Positions 24,490-36,261 of a stretch of DNA of 64,000 nt are shown piece after piece. The stretch comes from Trichodelitschia bisporula (Eukaryota), in contig ML996702.1 in NCBI GenBank assembly GCA_010356995.1, forward strand, positions 248,001-312,000, in the 5' to 3' direction. The position numbers and the translations under genes are program-made. Every line of letters begins with the position of its first letter. Positions within the stretch are counted from its first letter, which is position 1. The notes beneath the pieces were generated by a model that made no database searches, was not told the origin of the DNA, and was given only the letters and a program-made list of their open reading frames with translations.

Positions 24490-26199
24490 TCACTCTGCTG
24501 GTGCAGGAGACTGGGGAAAATGGCTCTCAGTAAGACACGAAGGTGCCGCCGGAGGGGACGTGGCGTGATGCCAGGGCTGGCGTGGGCTACCTTCAGAACC
24601 GAAGATGAAGGTGAACCAGGGGGACGGGGGGGAGGTGACCGGCGGAGTGGCTCGCGGGCGTTCTGCGAGGGCCGCAATGTTGCGGAGGGAGGCTGACGGT
24701 GAGTTTTGTGCTGCAGGGCTTGAAGTCGACTCTGTGGAGATGGCATTGCTCGTGCTAGGCAGTGGCATCAGGGACGTCACCGGCACGGACTGCTGTTCGG
24801 AGGGGGGAGAGCAGGCGGCACGGCCTGACGAGCTGTCGTCGACCAGTAACACGTCCCGCCAGAATTGTTCGTTGGGCGGGCACGATCGATCATCGTCCCG
24901 GGAACATCCAGGCGGCTGCAATGGCGTATCGTTCGGAGCCAGGCTCGATGAAGTTAAATTGCTTTTATGGGGAAATGTGGACTCTTCCGATACGTCGTGC
25001 ACCAGTTGAGCGTGCATTTGTTGCGCCTCCGGCATGGGGCTGCGAGATTGCCGTTGCGAAGGCGCTACTTTGAGCGGAGTATCGTCGTCAGGCCAATCAT
25101 AGCGTGCAGCCGAACGCAGCTCTCGGTCGACATGACGGGAGCACTCAAGGTCTCGGCCAGGTGGAGACGCACAGCGTGCCTCTCCGAGCTCGGAGGGAAC
25201 TGGGGAGGCTGCGCCGAGCTGAAGCGCATAACGCATATCGCGGACCTCGGACAACAAGGCCACACGATCCTGGGGCGCATAATATTCTCCTCCGAAGTCG
25301 AATGGAGAAACCGTACGATGTTCAGTCGAGCCTCGTACCCCAAAGGCATAGTCGAGAGATGCAGGGTGTAATGCGGGCAGATGCAAGGCATTCGCATTCG
25401 CAGGCGGCTCCTGTCCGGATTCGGCTCGGCGCAGAAAGGCGGGCGCACCGAAGTCTTCCACATTGCCGGCGGCACGGGACACTGGGCGCTGGGCCTCGAG
25501 GTCAAAGAGCATCACATCCGGGCTGGACGGTCGGCGGACGAATTGACTCGTGTTCGTCGGTTGAGCCGTGAGAGCAGCCGTGCCCACCCTGACATCGATG
25601 GTTTCCGCGTCAAAGGCGGACGGCCATGGCACGGCACTGCCATGTCTCCGCACGCTGTGTGTGCTTTTGTGCCGCTTTTTGCTCTCGCTTGCCCGTTTGA
25701 GCGGAAAGTGCATATGCACCGGACGCGACGGCGCGAGCCCCATCCAATCGTCCCGTTCTAGAAGTCTTTGTCGTTGCATTTCGACATCGTCAGCTCGTGC
25801 TCCGGCTTTCCCATCGCAGTTCTCTCGTTGTGGAGGCGAGCTGCCACGTCGCTTGCGAGGATTCAATGCACGCTCCCGACGTCGTCCTGTTGTTAGTCCG
25901 TCGTCAATGCAAGGCGTCGGCCGGTGTGGAGCAGGACGCTTGCTGTCATGATTTGACGATGCTGGGGCAGGAGATGCGTCGTCTTTGGAAGTAGAATCCC
26001 GGTGAGAAGGGAAGGGGCGTTGTGGTAGCCAGGATGTGCCATCTGGAGGAGAAGGGAGGACGCTTGAACGAAAGGGAGTATGGTGATCGTCGTTGCGCAG
26101 GGTGTTGCGCACCTGTGCAAAATGCTGACGCTGGCGCTGAGCGGCTTCGTTGTGGATGTTCTTGGAGTGCAGATGCAGCTTTCCGCCGGTCCAATTCAT
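24490..26199 (-). CDS. Hypothetical protein (fungal MNWTGG-type N-terminus), low-complexity body
   Basis: 569-aa ORF starting MNWTGGKLHLHSK...QRQRQHFAQVR and containing QRLLERDDWMGL. The 3' end may be spliced differently. Confidence 0.7.
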   Translation of the reverse strand: MNWTGGKLHLHSKNIHNEAAQRQRQHFAQVRNTLRNDDHHTPFRSSVLPSPPDGTSWLPQRPFPSHRDSTSKDDASPAPASSNHDSKRPAPHRPTPCIDDGLTTGRRRERALNPRKRRGSSPPQRENCDGKAGARADDVEMQRQRLLERDDWMGLAPSRPVHMHFPLKRASESKKRHKSTHSVRRHGSAVPWPSAFDAETIDVRVGTAALTAQPTNTSQFVRRPSSPDVMLFDLEAQRPVSRAAGNVEDFGAPAFLRRAESGQEPPANANALHLPALHPASLDYAFGVRGSTEHRTVSPFDFGGEYYAPQDRVALLSEVRDMRYALQLGAASPVPSELGEARCASPPGRDLECSRHVDRELRSAARYDWPDDDTPLKVAPSQRQSRSPMPEAQQMHAQLVHDVSEESTFPHKSNLTSSSLAPNDTPLQPPGCSRDDDRSCPPNEQFWRDVLLVDDSSSGRAACSPPSEQQSVPVTSLMPLPSTSNAISTESTSSPAAQNSPSASLRNIAALAERPRATPPVTSPPSPWFTFIFGSEGSPRQPWHHATSPPAAPSCLTESHFPQSPAPAE

Positions 26200-26978
26200 A
26201 TCTGTGAGTGAGTTGAGGTATGCTCGACGATGCTGAGGCGGTGGAGGGGCGATGGAGAGGAAAAACAGGAGACGAGAGAGTTGACTTCCGTCTCACGATG
26301 AGAAACATCGCGTCCGTCGCGACTGCCTCGTCCCGAACAGCACCCCACACGTTTGACACCTCACCCTTTTTCCGTTCATAGATATGATTCGTACAGTAAA
26401 CAGAGGAGAGCGTGAGAAAGGAATAGAACATCAGATCCACTTACATCAAGTGTAATACTTGTTCTGCTTGGGCTACAGACGTGCGAGTGCACCCTCATCT
26501 TTCACTTCAGAAATAGCCACCGGTCAAAGTACCGTTTAGCTGTTCTCTCTCATCCGTCTGCCTCTACAGTTCAACAACCATTACCCCAGAGCGAGCGTCT
26601 TCGGAAGCAGGAAGTGGACTAAAAAAGAGGTAGTCAACTCCGCCTTTGGCTCATTGCCACTTTGCGCGGCTTGGGCATCAACAGCCGATAGCGCAGAGCC
26701 ACCTTCTCCATGATAGACAAAAATGGATTCTCCTACTTACGGCCTAGAGAACAGTCCCATACGACGCATCTCTTCATCTGCTTCGCAGAGTAACAGTAGC
26801 AGCAACGAAACAACAGGAGCCGTTTTCCACTTCGGGAAAACTTGTGAGTCCTTGCGTGATGCGGTCCGTGCACTCAGCCACATCCTTGGCATATGCCCTC
26901 TAATCTTGGCAGAGGCAACTTCAACTGGGGCTGGACGAGGGAGAGAAGCGGCCGTTAATCAGGAAGAACATCACCACC

Positions 26979-28660
26979 ATGGGGAAAGGTATGTCACGCT
27001 GTCGGCGAGGGAAGGTTTGATGCTAACAGATTCAGGAACCGACAAGCTCTACATCACACACTCCGAGTGGGCGTCCGGCGACGCGTTCTCCGCCAGCTAC
27101 GGCTCTGGTGTGAACGGTTCAAAGCAGACGGACAACACCTTCAAGCGTCTCCCTTTCAATTACTGCGCCGTCTCGCTCCAGCCTTTTACACATCCCGTGT
27201 GCACCGCCTCGGGTATTACCTTCGACCTCGTTAATATCCTGCCATGGATCAAGAAGCACGGCACGAACCCCATTGACGGCACGCCCCTCAAGGCCGCAGA
27301 CTTGATCAAGCTACACTTTGCGAAAAACGATGACGGCGAGTACGTGGACCCCGTTACCTTCAAAGTGTTCACCGACAACACACACATCGTCGCGCTGCGC
27401 GGATCGGGAAATGCTTTCGCCTGGGACACGATCGAGCGACTCAACATCAAGGCTAAGAATTGGCGCGACCTGGTCAGTGACGAAGAATTCACCCGCAAGG
27501 ACATCATCACACTACAAGACCCTCAAAATCTCGAGAGTCGCAACCTCAGCTCTTTCAAGTTTGTCAAGGATGGCCAATCCACGCTCACTGCGGAGCAGGA
27601 GGCCGAGCGCGCCAGCGGTGTCAACGCCGATGCCCTCGGTAGCTCGGCCAGGATCATCAAGGCCAAGGAGGCAGTAGCAAAAGCGCGCGCCGCGCGTGAG
27701 CAAGCGGCCGAGGCCCGTACATCCAAGGCTGTCGTTGCGAAGCCCACGGGCGCACCTGCCCCGGCTCCCAGAAGCGCTGTCCCGTACAACGCCGCACAAC
27801 ACACAACTGGCAAAGCCGCAGCGTCCTTCACTAGCACTGGACTCACTCCGCACACGGGCGGTGAGCGCGCCATCCTCAGCGATGAGGACTACATGCTGCA
27901 CCCGAAGCGAGTGAAGATCAAGGGTTATGCGCGTATGCAGACGTCGCTAGGAGACCTGAACATCGAGCTGTACCCGGAGTTCGCGCCTAAGGCTGTGTGG
28001 AACTTTGTGCGCCTTGCGCAAAAGGGTTATTACAAGGGTCTAATCTTTCACCGCAACATCCGCAACTTCATGATCCAGGGCGGCGACCCCACGGGAACAG
28101 GTCGTGGGGGGGAGTCCGTGTGGGGCAAGAACTTTGAGGACGAGTTTGAAGGTCCGCAGACGCATGACGCCCGCGGCGTGTTGAGCATGGCGAATAAGGG
28201 AAAGAACACCAACTCGTCCCAGTTCTTCGTCACCTACCGCGCGGTCAAGCATCTGGACCGGAAGCACACGGTCTTCGGCCGCGTCGTCGGCGGACTCGAT
28301 ACGCTGAGCCGGTTGGAGAGCGCACCGACGGATGGCAAGGACCGCCCCGAGCCGGAGATCGAGCTGCGCGACGTTGTAGTCTTTGTGGACCCGTTTGAAG
28401 AGTTCCAGAAGCAGCGTGCAGAGAATGAGGCCAAGGAGAAGGAGAAGGAGACGATTAGACGTGAGGGTGGTACGGACGATGACCGGCTTACGTGGACGGG
28501 GAAGAGGGTCCGAGGGGATGGGACAGTGGATGCTCAAGGTGCGGGCGTGGGGAAATATCTTAAGACGGCGCTCAAGGGGGCTGGGTGGGAGGAGGGCGAG
28601 AGCGAGCCCGTGCGGAAGAAGGTGAAAGGTGGAGGGTTTGGGAATTTTGACGCATGGTAA
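26979..28660 (+). CDS. PPIL2: Peptidyl-prolyl cis-trans isomerase-like 2 (U-box plus cyclophilin, Cyp60 type)
   Basis: ATG at 26979 and intron 26989-27035 give MGKGTDKLYITHSEW. U-box region FKRLPFNYCAVSLQPF; cyclophilin motifs FHRNIRNFMIQGGDPTGTGRGG, SMANKGKNTNSSQFF and HLDRKHTVFGRV. Confidence 0.95.
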
Positions 28661-28858
28661 ACCGGCACAGTGAGCGCTAGCATTTGGTCATGACTTGTGG
28701 GGCATTATATATGGCGATGGCGTTCAGGGAGGTTCCGGTTGGGAGATCGGATTTATCGGTCTAGATGTGGTACTGCTCTAGACCTCAGGCTGCACGTTTC
28801 GGGGCTGACGGTGCTGGTAGATACCCGCAGGACTTCAGAAGTAGCGCAGAGGTCATCT

Positions 28859-29112
28859 CGCGGTGAATATCTCACCGTAAAACTCACAGGGTGACAAACA
28901 GGTGGAAGTGGTCCACAACGCCTTGACCCCGCTCGCAACGAAGATGACTGACGGTCGGAGGAAAGGATGCTTGCGACATCTTGCGGCGGTCAGAGGCTGA
29001 CCGCACAACTGTCGAGCCGTCAGTCATAGTCGTCGCGAGCGCTGTCAAGGCGTTGTGGGCCACTTCGACCTGTCCGTTTCCCTGTGAGTTGTGTGGTGAG
29101 ATCTTCACCGCG
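28859..29112. repeat. Inverted repeat with 96-nt arms derived from an LTR-retrotransposon integrase fragment
   Basis: 28859-28954 aligns ungapped with the reverse complement of 29017-29112, about 81/96 identical. Both arms translate to an AVxISPxNSQGxxQVEVxHNALTxLATxMTDG peptide. Confidence 0.88.
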
Positions 29113-29730
29113 GGCACCCCTGTTCACGATGGCTATACATTGAATCCTACAACCGCGGTGGGTGGCTCAGGGGGGTGTTAGTGTGGATGGGCTTGTGCCG
29201 CCTCGTGGAGAGGAGCGCAAAGGTACGGCAGGGAGGATGTGTAAAGTGTGGAGCATGAATCCGATGGCTTCAACTATATACGATAGTACCGCCTTTTGCG
29301 GCACTATAACCTTCCCAACTTCAGATGTTCTTTTCTGACCTTGTGAGATGCTGCTGAGTATTTTGATTCATGGCCTTTGTTCAAGTGCTAGAGAACAAAG
29401 TCCCGCCCGCCAGCGCCTTTTTGAAGGGGCAAGCCCTCGCCTCGACCGATATCCTGTTTGATCTTGTCATAAGGTGACCTCCTCGACCAGAGATGATAGT
29501 GCCACGGTTGCTGCCTTGAATGGCTAGGGAAGGCCTACCGGGAAGAGGATGGATGGTAAGCACAAATCGGATGGGGCAGTAAACATTCAAGCATATGCCA
29601 AAAATTTGACTGCCATTCGCATGATTGCTCGAAGTGATGGATGTGCTGATGTCGGGATACCAATGTGTATACTGCGTTAGAGTATTCCGATATCACGCAT
29701 TGCATTGCCTCGTCAATATGTATAGAGTGT
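29017..29730 (-). mobile_element. Heavily decayed Ty3/gypsy-like retrotransposon relic (protease-like and integrase-like fragments)
   Basis: Minus-strand fragments HANGSQIFGICLNV..PIRFVLTIHPLPGRPSL (about 29530-29625; resembles the retropepsin C-terminal half, LGRP) and GVPAVKISPHNSQGNGQVEVAHNAL (about 29045-29120; resembles the integrase core S-x-Y-N-x-Q-x-N-G-x-x-E). Both are broken by stops and deletions. Confidence 0.55.
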
Positions 29731-30011
29731 CGCAATCAAATGTCATGTTGGCTTCCACTGCTTGCCAGCCGTCGTGACGTCAAACCGTTGAGGGTGAACC
29801 GTTCGACCAGGATAGCTCAGAACGGCTTGAGGAGCACTGTAATCCCTTCCCACGTCTGTTGTTTCTGCGGGTGCGAAGAATCTCGTATACATATCGCAGA
29901 CTCACTTGAGCTAGGCAAGGACAGGGCTTTCATTTAAGCGTGGTTCAACTTGATGCAGAATAGTCGTCTGGTGCGGGAGTGGCTCATATGAACGGGAGAA
30001 TAGCGAAGTGC

Positions 30012-30025
30012 GTTACCATGGTAAC
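30012..30025. promoter_or_regulatory. Palindromic X-box (RFX-family binding site) upstream of CDC14
   Basis: Perfect 14-bp palindrome GTTACCATGGTAAC matching the RFX X-box consensus, about 310 bp upstream of the CDC14 ATG. Confidence 0.65.
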
Positions 30026-30337
30026 CCGCAGGCCAGTGATTGGCTGTCTCCAGGAACATGGGGCACAGTGTGTGTCGTGGGGTGTGAGCCCCAAGCGCAC
30101 GTGCCTCCACAACAAACAAATGGCCCAGACCCAATGAACAATAACTCCGCTCGGCTGCCATCGAAATATCAACATTCACACTTCCAACAACAACTCCTCT
30201 TCTTTCCCCACCCAATTCTTTCACCATCATCACTTATTCTTCTCCACCATCCGCAACGACTGCGCAACAGCTCCTGCATGCTCGCTGTGTCTTGATCTTC
30301 TTGTCGACGCCGCTCTCAGCTTCGTCGCACAACCATC

Positions 30338-32196
30338 ATGTCGCCGCCCCATTCTTCCCCTACTGCCGTCCCTGGCCCTATCTATGAGTACATCGCTGGT
30401 ACAGAGCCCTTGGTGGACCTCAAACTTTTCGTAAAACTTACCAAATCAGGTCGTCTCTACTTGGGCGCTTATGACAAGACGCCCGATGAGCGCACACCGT
30501 TCCTACGCCCCGCTCCCAAAGTGCGCTCACCGAGCAAGCGCAGCTCGCGCGCTGTTGCGGCGGCCGCAGCGGGCAAGTCTGATGCGCCGGTGTACTTCAC
30601 TGTCGACGACAAGTTGACGTACAACGCTTTCCACCATGACTTCGGCCCGTTCCACATTGGGCATCTGTACCGCTTTGCTGTTTCGCTGCACGAAGTGTTG
30701 GCACTGCCTGAGAACGCCGATCGGTTGATTTGCTTCTGGAGCCACGACGATCCCAAGAGTAAGTTGCCCAATTGATGGCTAAGCTTTAAAGCTAATCGTG
30801 ATTCGCAGGCCGTGCCAACGCCGCCTGCATTCTTGCTTGCTACATGGTGCTCATCCAGAACTGGCCCCCACATCTCGCCCTCGCTCCGCTCGCCCAGATG
30901 GAACCCGTCATGCCCTTCCGCGACGCCGGCTACAGCCAGGCGGATTACGTGCTCAACATCCAAGACGTGGTGTATGGAGTGTGGAAAGCGAAGGAGAAGG
31001 GACTGTGCGCACTGAAGGATTTTAGCCTGGAAGAGTCAGTCCTGCGTTTCATCTCCGCACTATCAAGCTAATGTGTCAGGTATGAAACCTTCGAGCGTGT
31101 CGACATGGGCGACTTCAACTGGATCTCGCCCGAGTTCCTGGCGTTCGCGTCGCCGCAGCACACACCTACTACTATCATTCCCCGCTCCTCCGCCGAGTAT
31201 GCCCGCCTTCCCAAGACAGTCGCCGAAATCGGTCTGTGCAAGGAGATCCCGGGACCCTTCCGCAACGTGCTCTCGCACTTCACAACGCGCGGCATCGGGC
31301 TCGTCGTCCGCCTCAACTCCGAGCTGTACTCGCCATCCTACTTCACCGCGCTAGGCATGACACACCTCGACATGATCTTCGAAGACGGGACCTGCCCCCC
31401 CCTGCATCTAGTCCGCAAATTTATCAACCTGGCGCACGACACCATCGTCAACAAGAAAAAGGGCATAGCCGTGCACTGCAAAGCCGGCCTCGGCCGCACG
31501 GGCTGCCTCATCGGCGCCTACCTCATCTACAAGTATGCCTTTACGGCTAACGAAGTCATCGCCTACATGCGCTTCATGCGGCCCGGTATGGTGGTTGGCC
31601 CGCAGCAGCACTGGCTCCACCTCAATCAACATGCGTTTCGCGAGTGGTTCTTCGAAGACACGTATGCGCCCCCGACGTCTGCCCCTACGACCCCGACGAA
31701 GGCCCGCCCGCTCCTACGCCAGTCTGCGTCAGCGAAGCGGCCCCTTGCGGCTCGTGACCCGGATGCGCAGCCCCATGACGAGTTGCTCCCGGCCCCAACG
31801 CCCGGCCAGCCGCGCAAGGCGAGCAAGGTGCGCGCGCAGCTCGAAGAGGCGAAGGCGCATACCGACCCCGACACGCCGGATAGTCTGGAGGTGCATCTTG
31901 CGCGGAAGCGGTCTCCGGCTAGGGCGAGCCCGGCTCGGGTGAGCGGGCGTCGCGCTGTGAGTTGTACGACGACTACAACCTCAGTGGCGTACACGGTCAC
32001 GGCGGAGGTTGTGGCTGTGGGCGGGGGGAGCGATGCCGAGAACGCGCGGCCGCGGACGCCGGGGCGGGTTAGTGGGAAGGGCGAGATTGCGGTTGGGAAG
32101 ACGCGGAGTCCGGCGCGGAGGGGGGAGGTTAAGACGCCTGGTGTTAGGAAGACGAGTGGCCGGGTGGGCAGCATTGGGAGTGTGAAGAAGGTGTAA
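30338..32196 (+). CDS. CDC14: Cdc14 dual-specificity protein phosphatase, 4 exons
   Basis: Introns at about 30399-30449, 30759-30808 and 31035-31079. Motifs YNAFHHDFGPFHIGHLYRF, MPFRDAGYSQADY, GDFNWISP, catalytic HCKAGLGRTG and MRPGMVVGPQQ. Confidence 0.96.
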
Positions 32197-32926
32197 AGGA
32201 CGAGACTGGTGGTGGTTCTGCTGCGTTGAGGCGTGGCGTTGGGGGGAGGGCATGGAGGCGTTGGGCGTTTTTGCACTGTCTGGTGATCGGGACTGCGAGA
32301 TGCGGGACTGGAAATTCGGGCTGGTGTGTTTATCTTTATGATGGTATGGCTGGGTGGGTGGGGCTTGAGATTCGGAGTCCATGGCTGTTGTGGATTTGCG
32401 GGTGTCTCTGGCGCTATTTTATGTGCATGCTAGATTGACGATCAATTTTTCCTGACGATATTTGTGCGGCGTTGGTGATTGCCTGTGATTTGTCTGGTGA
32501 GTACATAATGATGTCTCTTGCTCAAGATGATATCCCAACATGGAAAGGATAAATCGCCGTCAGGCTTCATGAGCGAAGTTATCAACGATACTTCAACTGA
32601 ATCTGACCCACGCCATCTCGTAATGTCCCCATCAAACCCCCTTCCCCATTCAGCCTCGCAGTTGCGGCACTTATGCACACTCAACGTCGGCGGCGCCTCA
32701 GCCCTGCCCGCGGCTTCCTCCGGTTAGTTCCCTTGGCGCGGGGTGCGGCAGCCCCGCCGCGCGGAATCGATACGGCGAAAAAAAGTCTGAGCATGGATTC
32801 AGCGACGAACAACCTCTTCCCATCTTCACCCTGCCTCCCCGCTTCAATCTTCCTATCTTCCGCATTCCACGCCCCTCTTTTCAGTATCAATTCAAGCCCA
32901 GGACATTCCTGACCGCAGCCGCGAAG

Positions 32927-33988
32927 ATGAGCACCGAGATCACTCACCCCACTATCAAAGGTGTGTGGGCTGGCGGGCTCGCTGGTAGTTGAAAAGTGTG
33001 GGAGAGCAAAGCTAATCGGGCGCCAGATGGCTGGTTCCGCGAAATCAGCGACATGTGGCCGGGCCAGGCGATGACGCTCAAGGTCAAGCAAATACTGCAC
33101 CATGAGAAGAGCAAGTACCAGGACGTGCTCATCTTCGAGTCGACGGACTACGGCCGCGTGCTGGTGCTCGATAACGTGATCCAATGCACCGAGCGCGACG
33201 AGTTCTCGTACCAGGAGATGATCACGCACCTCGCCATGAACGCCCACCCCAACCCCAAAAAGGTCCTGGTCATCGGCGGTGGCGACGGCGGCGTCCTCCG
33301 CGAAGTCGTGAAGCACTCCTGCGTCGAGCAAGCCATCCTCTGCGACATCGACGAAGCCGTAATCCGCCTCTCCAAGCAGCACCTCCCGGAAATGGCCGCG
33401 GGGTTCAACCACCCGAACGTGAAGGTGCACGTCGGGGACGGCTTCGCCTTTCTCAAGGAATACAAGAACGAGTTCGACGTCATCATCACCGATTCCTCGG
33501 ACCCAGAAGGCCCGGCGGAGGCTCTGTTCCAGAAAAGCTACTTCGAGCTGCTGAATGGCGCCCTGCGCGATGGTGGTGTCATTACCACGCAAGGTTGTAA
33601 GCCTGAGTGTCCCCTTTAGTCCCATCTTCCCCATTGCCCGTACCATATCCCTACCCACCCGCAGCGCACCCACACTTTGCATAAAACTAACCGACCAACC
33701 CCCATTCCAGCTGAGAACCAGTGGCTCCACCTCTCCCTCATCGTCGACCTGAAGAAGTCGTGCAGCGAGGTCTTCCCCGTGGCCGAGTACGCCTACACCA
33801 CGATCCCCACGTACCCGTCCGGCCAAATCGGCTTCATGGTGTGCTGCAAGGATGCGAGCCGCAATGTTAAGGTTCCGCTGCGCAGCTGGTCGCCTGAGGA
33901 GGAGGAGAAGCTGTGCCGCTACTACAGCAAGGAGATCCATGAGGCGGCCTTTGTACTGCCGACCTTTGCGCGCAAGGCGCTGCGGTGA
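32927..33988 (+). CDS. SPE3: Spermidine synthase, 3 exons
   Basis: Splices to [27 protein letters not shown]. Motifs [41 protein letters not shown] and [13 protein letters not shown]. Confidence 0.97.
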
Positions 33989-34109
33989 GGTGGGAACGAT
34001 GGAGATAGAATGCAGATGAACGAGGTCATGTCACGGCCAGGCACACAAAATAGAAACTCGGCGCGCACTTGACGCATGATTCCTATCTTCATGAAGTGAC
34101 CATACCCCC

Positions 34110-35869
34110 TCACCCCCCACCCGGCTCCTTCCACCCATGCAAATCCAACCCCACACCAAGGGCAATCTTCCTCACAAGCGCCTTCTTCAAAAACTCCTCC
34201 CTCGCCAGACTCCTCGTCTGCTTAACAAAAGCCTCCAACCCCACGCGCCCCGCATCCAACCCCCTCGCCAACGCCACCCTCGCCTCCTCACACGCCCTCG
34301 CCTCTGCCACAAGGCCGTACACCTGCCCGCCCACCACCGTCGGACAAACCAGTACCTCATCCACCTCGGGCCTGCGCCGTCTCGCCGAGTCCCTGATCGC
34401 GGCATCCGCGTCGCGCATCGCGTCGCGCAGGATGCGCTCGTTGGCTGCGAGGGTCGCGTCTATGAACTGCAAGTCTGAAAGCTCCTCGGCCAGCGTCGCA
34501 TGGGCGGCATGGAGGGCTGATTGCTGGGCTTGGAGGGGCTGGAGGGCTGCAGCGTTGGAGTTGAGGATGCGAGTTGTTTGGTCGACGAGCGTGGCGGAGA
34601 GGGAATGGAGCAGGTGCTCCTTCTCTGGGTTGGGCGGGATGGGTGGAGCGGGTGGCGGGCTTGTAGGTGCTAGGGTTACGTCGAGGGGGGAGGAGAGGAG
34701 GTCGATTGGTGGCGGCTTTCTGGGTTTGGGGGTTGGTTGTTGGTGTGGTTGGGGAGGGCTGGGGAAGTATGGTTGGTTTGGGGGTGGAGAGGTTTGGAAG
34801 GGTTGGCGCTGGGGGGCTGCGGGCGGGGCGTGTGGGGGGTATTGCCGGTATGGTTCGGGGAATATCGGGCTTACTGGGCTTTCGAGCTCGTGGTGTGATG
34901 CCTGGAAGCGTGTGATGTGCGTGTTAGGTTGCTGTGGCGGGCTCATGAGCCGGGGAGACTGAACGCTGCTGTGGCGGTGGGGATAGGGTGCGGGAGGCGG
35001 TGCGGGTGGCGCATAGCTACGCTCTCCATAGCTAGGTGGGTGCGGGGGGAGAGGAGGAAGAGGAGGCCCAGCATTAGAGTCCCGATCGCGGCGGTCGGGT
35101 ACGGACTGAGGGCGCGTGTCGCGGGAGTCAGCCTTGGGGGGGAGAGGAGGCGGTCCGGTCTGTGGCTCCGGTTGACGTTGGGGCGGTGGCGGTTGATGCG
35201 CTTTGCGCCACTCCTCTGGGGTTGGAGGTACGGGGGGGGGTGTTGCTTGTGGTTGCGGTTGCAGCGGGCGCTGCTGGGCCGCCATGACCGGTGGATCTTT
35301 GGCGAAGACGCCGCGGAGAACGGCGAGGAAGTCATAGATGGACGATTTCTGATCCTGTGAGCATCTAACAGGTTGTCATTCGGCTCGAGATACTCACGTC
35401 CCAGAACTTGGCCCATTGCGCTAGGTACGGGTGATATACGCGTCCATCTGGGCTCACATGCTGCCCGGGCCGCACCAGCATGCCTTGTGCCGGTGTCACG
35501 TACACCATAGGCGGAGCCTTGGGGTATGTATGCGGTATCCACAGGGCGACGGGGAAGCGGTAGAGAGTGTCGCGGAATTGGACTGGAAGAGTGCCGCTGA
35601 GGAGAAGTAGGAGAGCATGAGAGCCATTCTCGAAAGCTGGAGCTATCAGCGGGGAACAAGCTACCCGATGAGGATCATACTGTAGACTTCGGTCCGTGGA
35701 GAGAGCGAGGGGTATTGTGATAGGGCTTGCGCAACATCCGAGTAGGTGCGATTCACGTCGGTGTACTCCTACGCGGATCAGTGAGGTCGGATGGGCTCCT
35801 TGGTACACACCTTACATTCGTCAGGACGCTGTACAGCCAGTTGAGGACTTTGTCCGGAACGACCGACAT
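34110..35869 (-). CDS. VPS23: ESCRT-I subunit Vps23/TSG101 (UEV domain, Pro-rich linker, coiled coil, SB domain), 4 exons
   Basis: Splices to MSVVPDKVLNWLYSVLTN|EYTDVNRTYSDV..SPRTEVY|TFENG. UEV motifs GTLPVQFR..YRFP and GRVYHPYL; C-terminal FVKQTRSLAREEFLKKAL. Confidence 0.93.
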
Positions 35870-36261
35870 GGCAGTAATGGGGAGCAGTGCTCTGGTGGAT
35901 GGACGAAGCAATCACCCATAACCCTGCGGAGGAGCGGTGGGAAAATGGGAAGCTCTTGACAGCGTGTTACCTCTACCAAAACATGGAGTTGAAGTCCAAG
36001 GTTGAGGAGGAGCGGGGCGGGGCGGGACGAGCCAAGGTCGTTTGCCTTGGCATAAATCCGGCTAACAATCCGCATTTGGCAAGTCGTCACCTCAGTTGCC
36101 ATTACGAACATCTCTTTGCCAGTAGATCGCTAGTGTCAAGCAGAGGATGATGCATTGTGCTTTTTTCTCCCATCGTCCCCCATCTGGTATCTTAGAGTAC
36201 AACCATTTCATCAGTCATTCAAGGGAGAAATATGTTACAGGCATCCCTAAGTACGAACAAA

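Noticed and set aside
26723..26978. N-terminal extension of the 645-aa ORF in the ORF track
   Set aside because: The conserved MGKGTDKLY start is produced from ATG 26979 by removing a canonical intron. The upstream reading is incidental.
32793..32912. Possible polyamine-responsive uORF before SPE3 (MDSATNN...PGHS*)
   Set aside because: It lacks the PS-stop or PPW endings of known polyamine-sensing uORFs, and its ATG probably lies upstream of the pyrimidine-rich TSS region.
32681..33940. 419-aa minus-strand ORF
   Set aside because: Antisense shadow of the codon-biased SPE3 gene, with no recognisable motifs.
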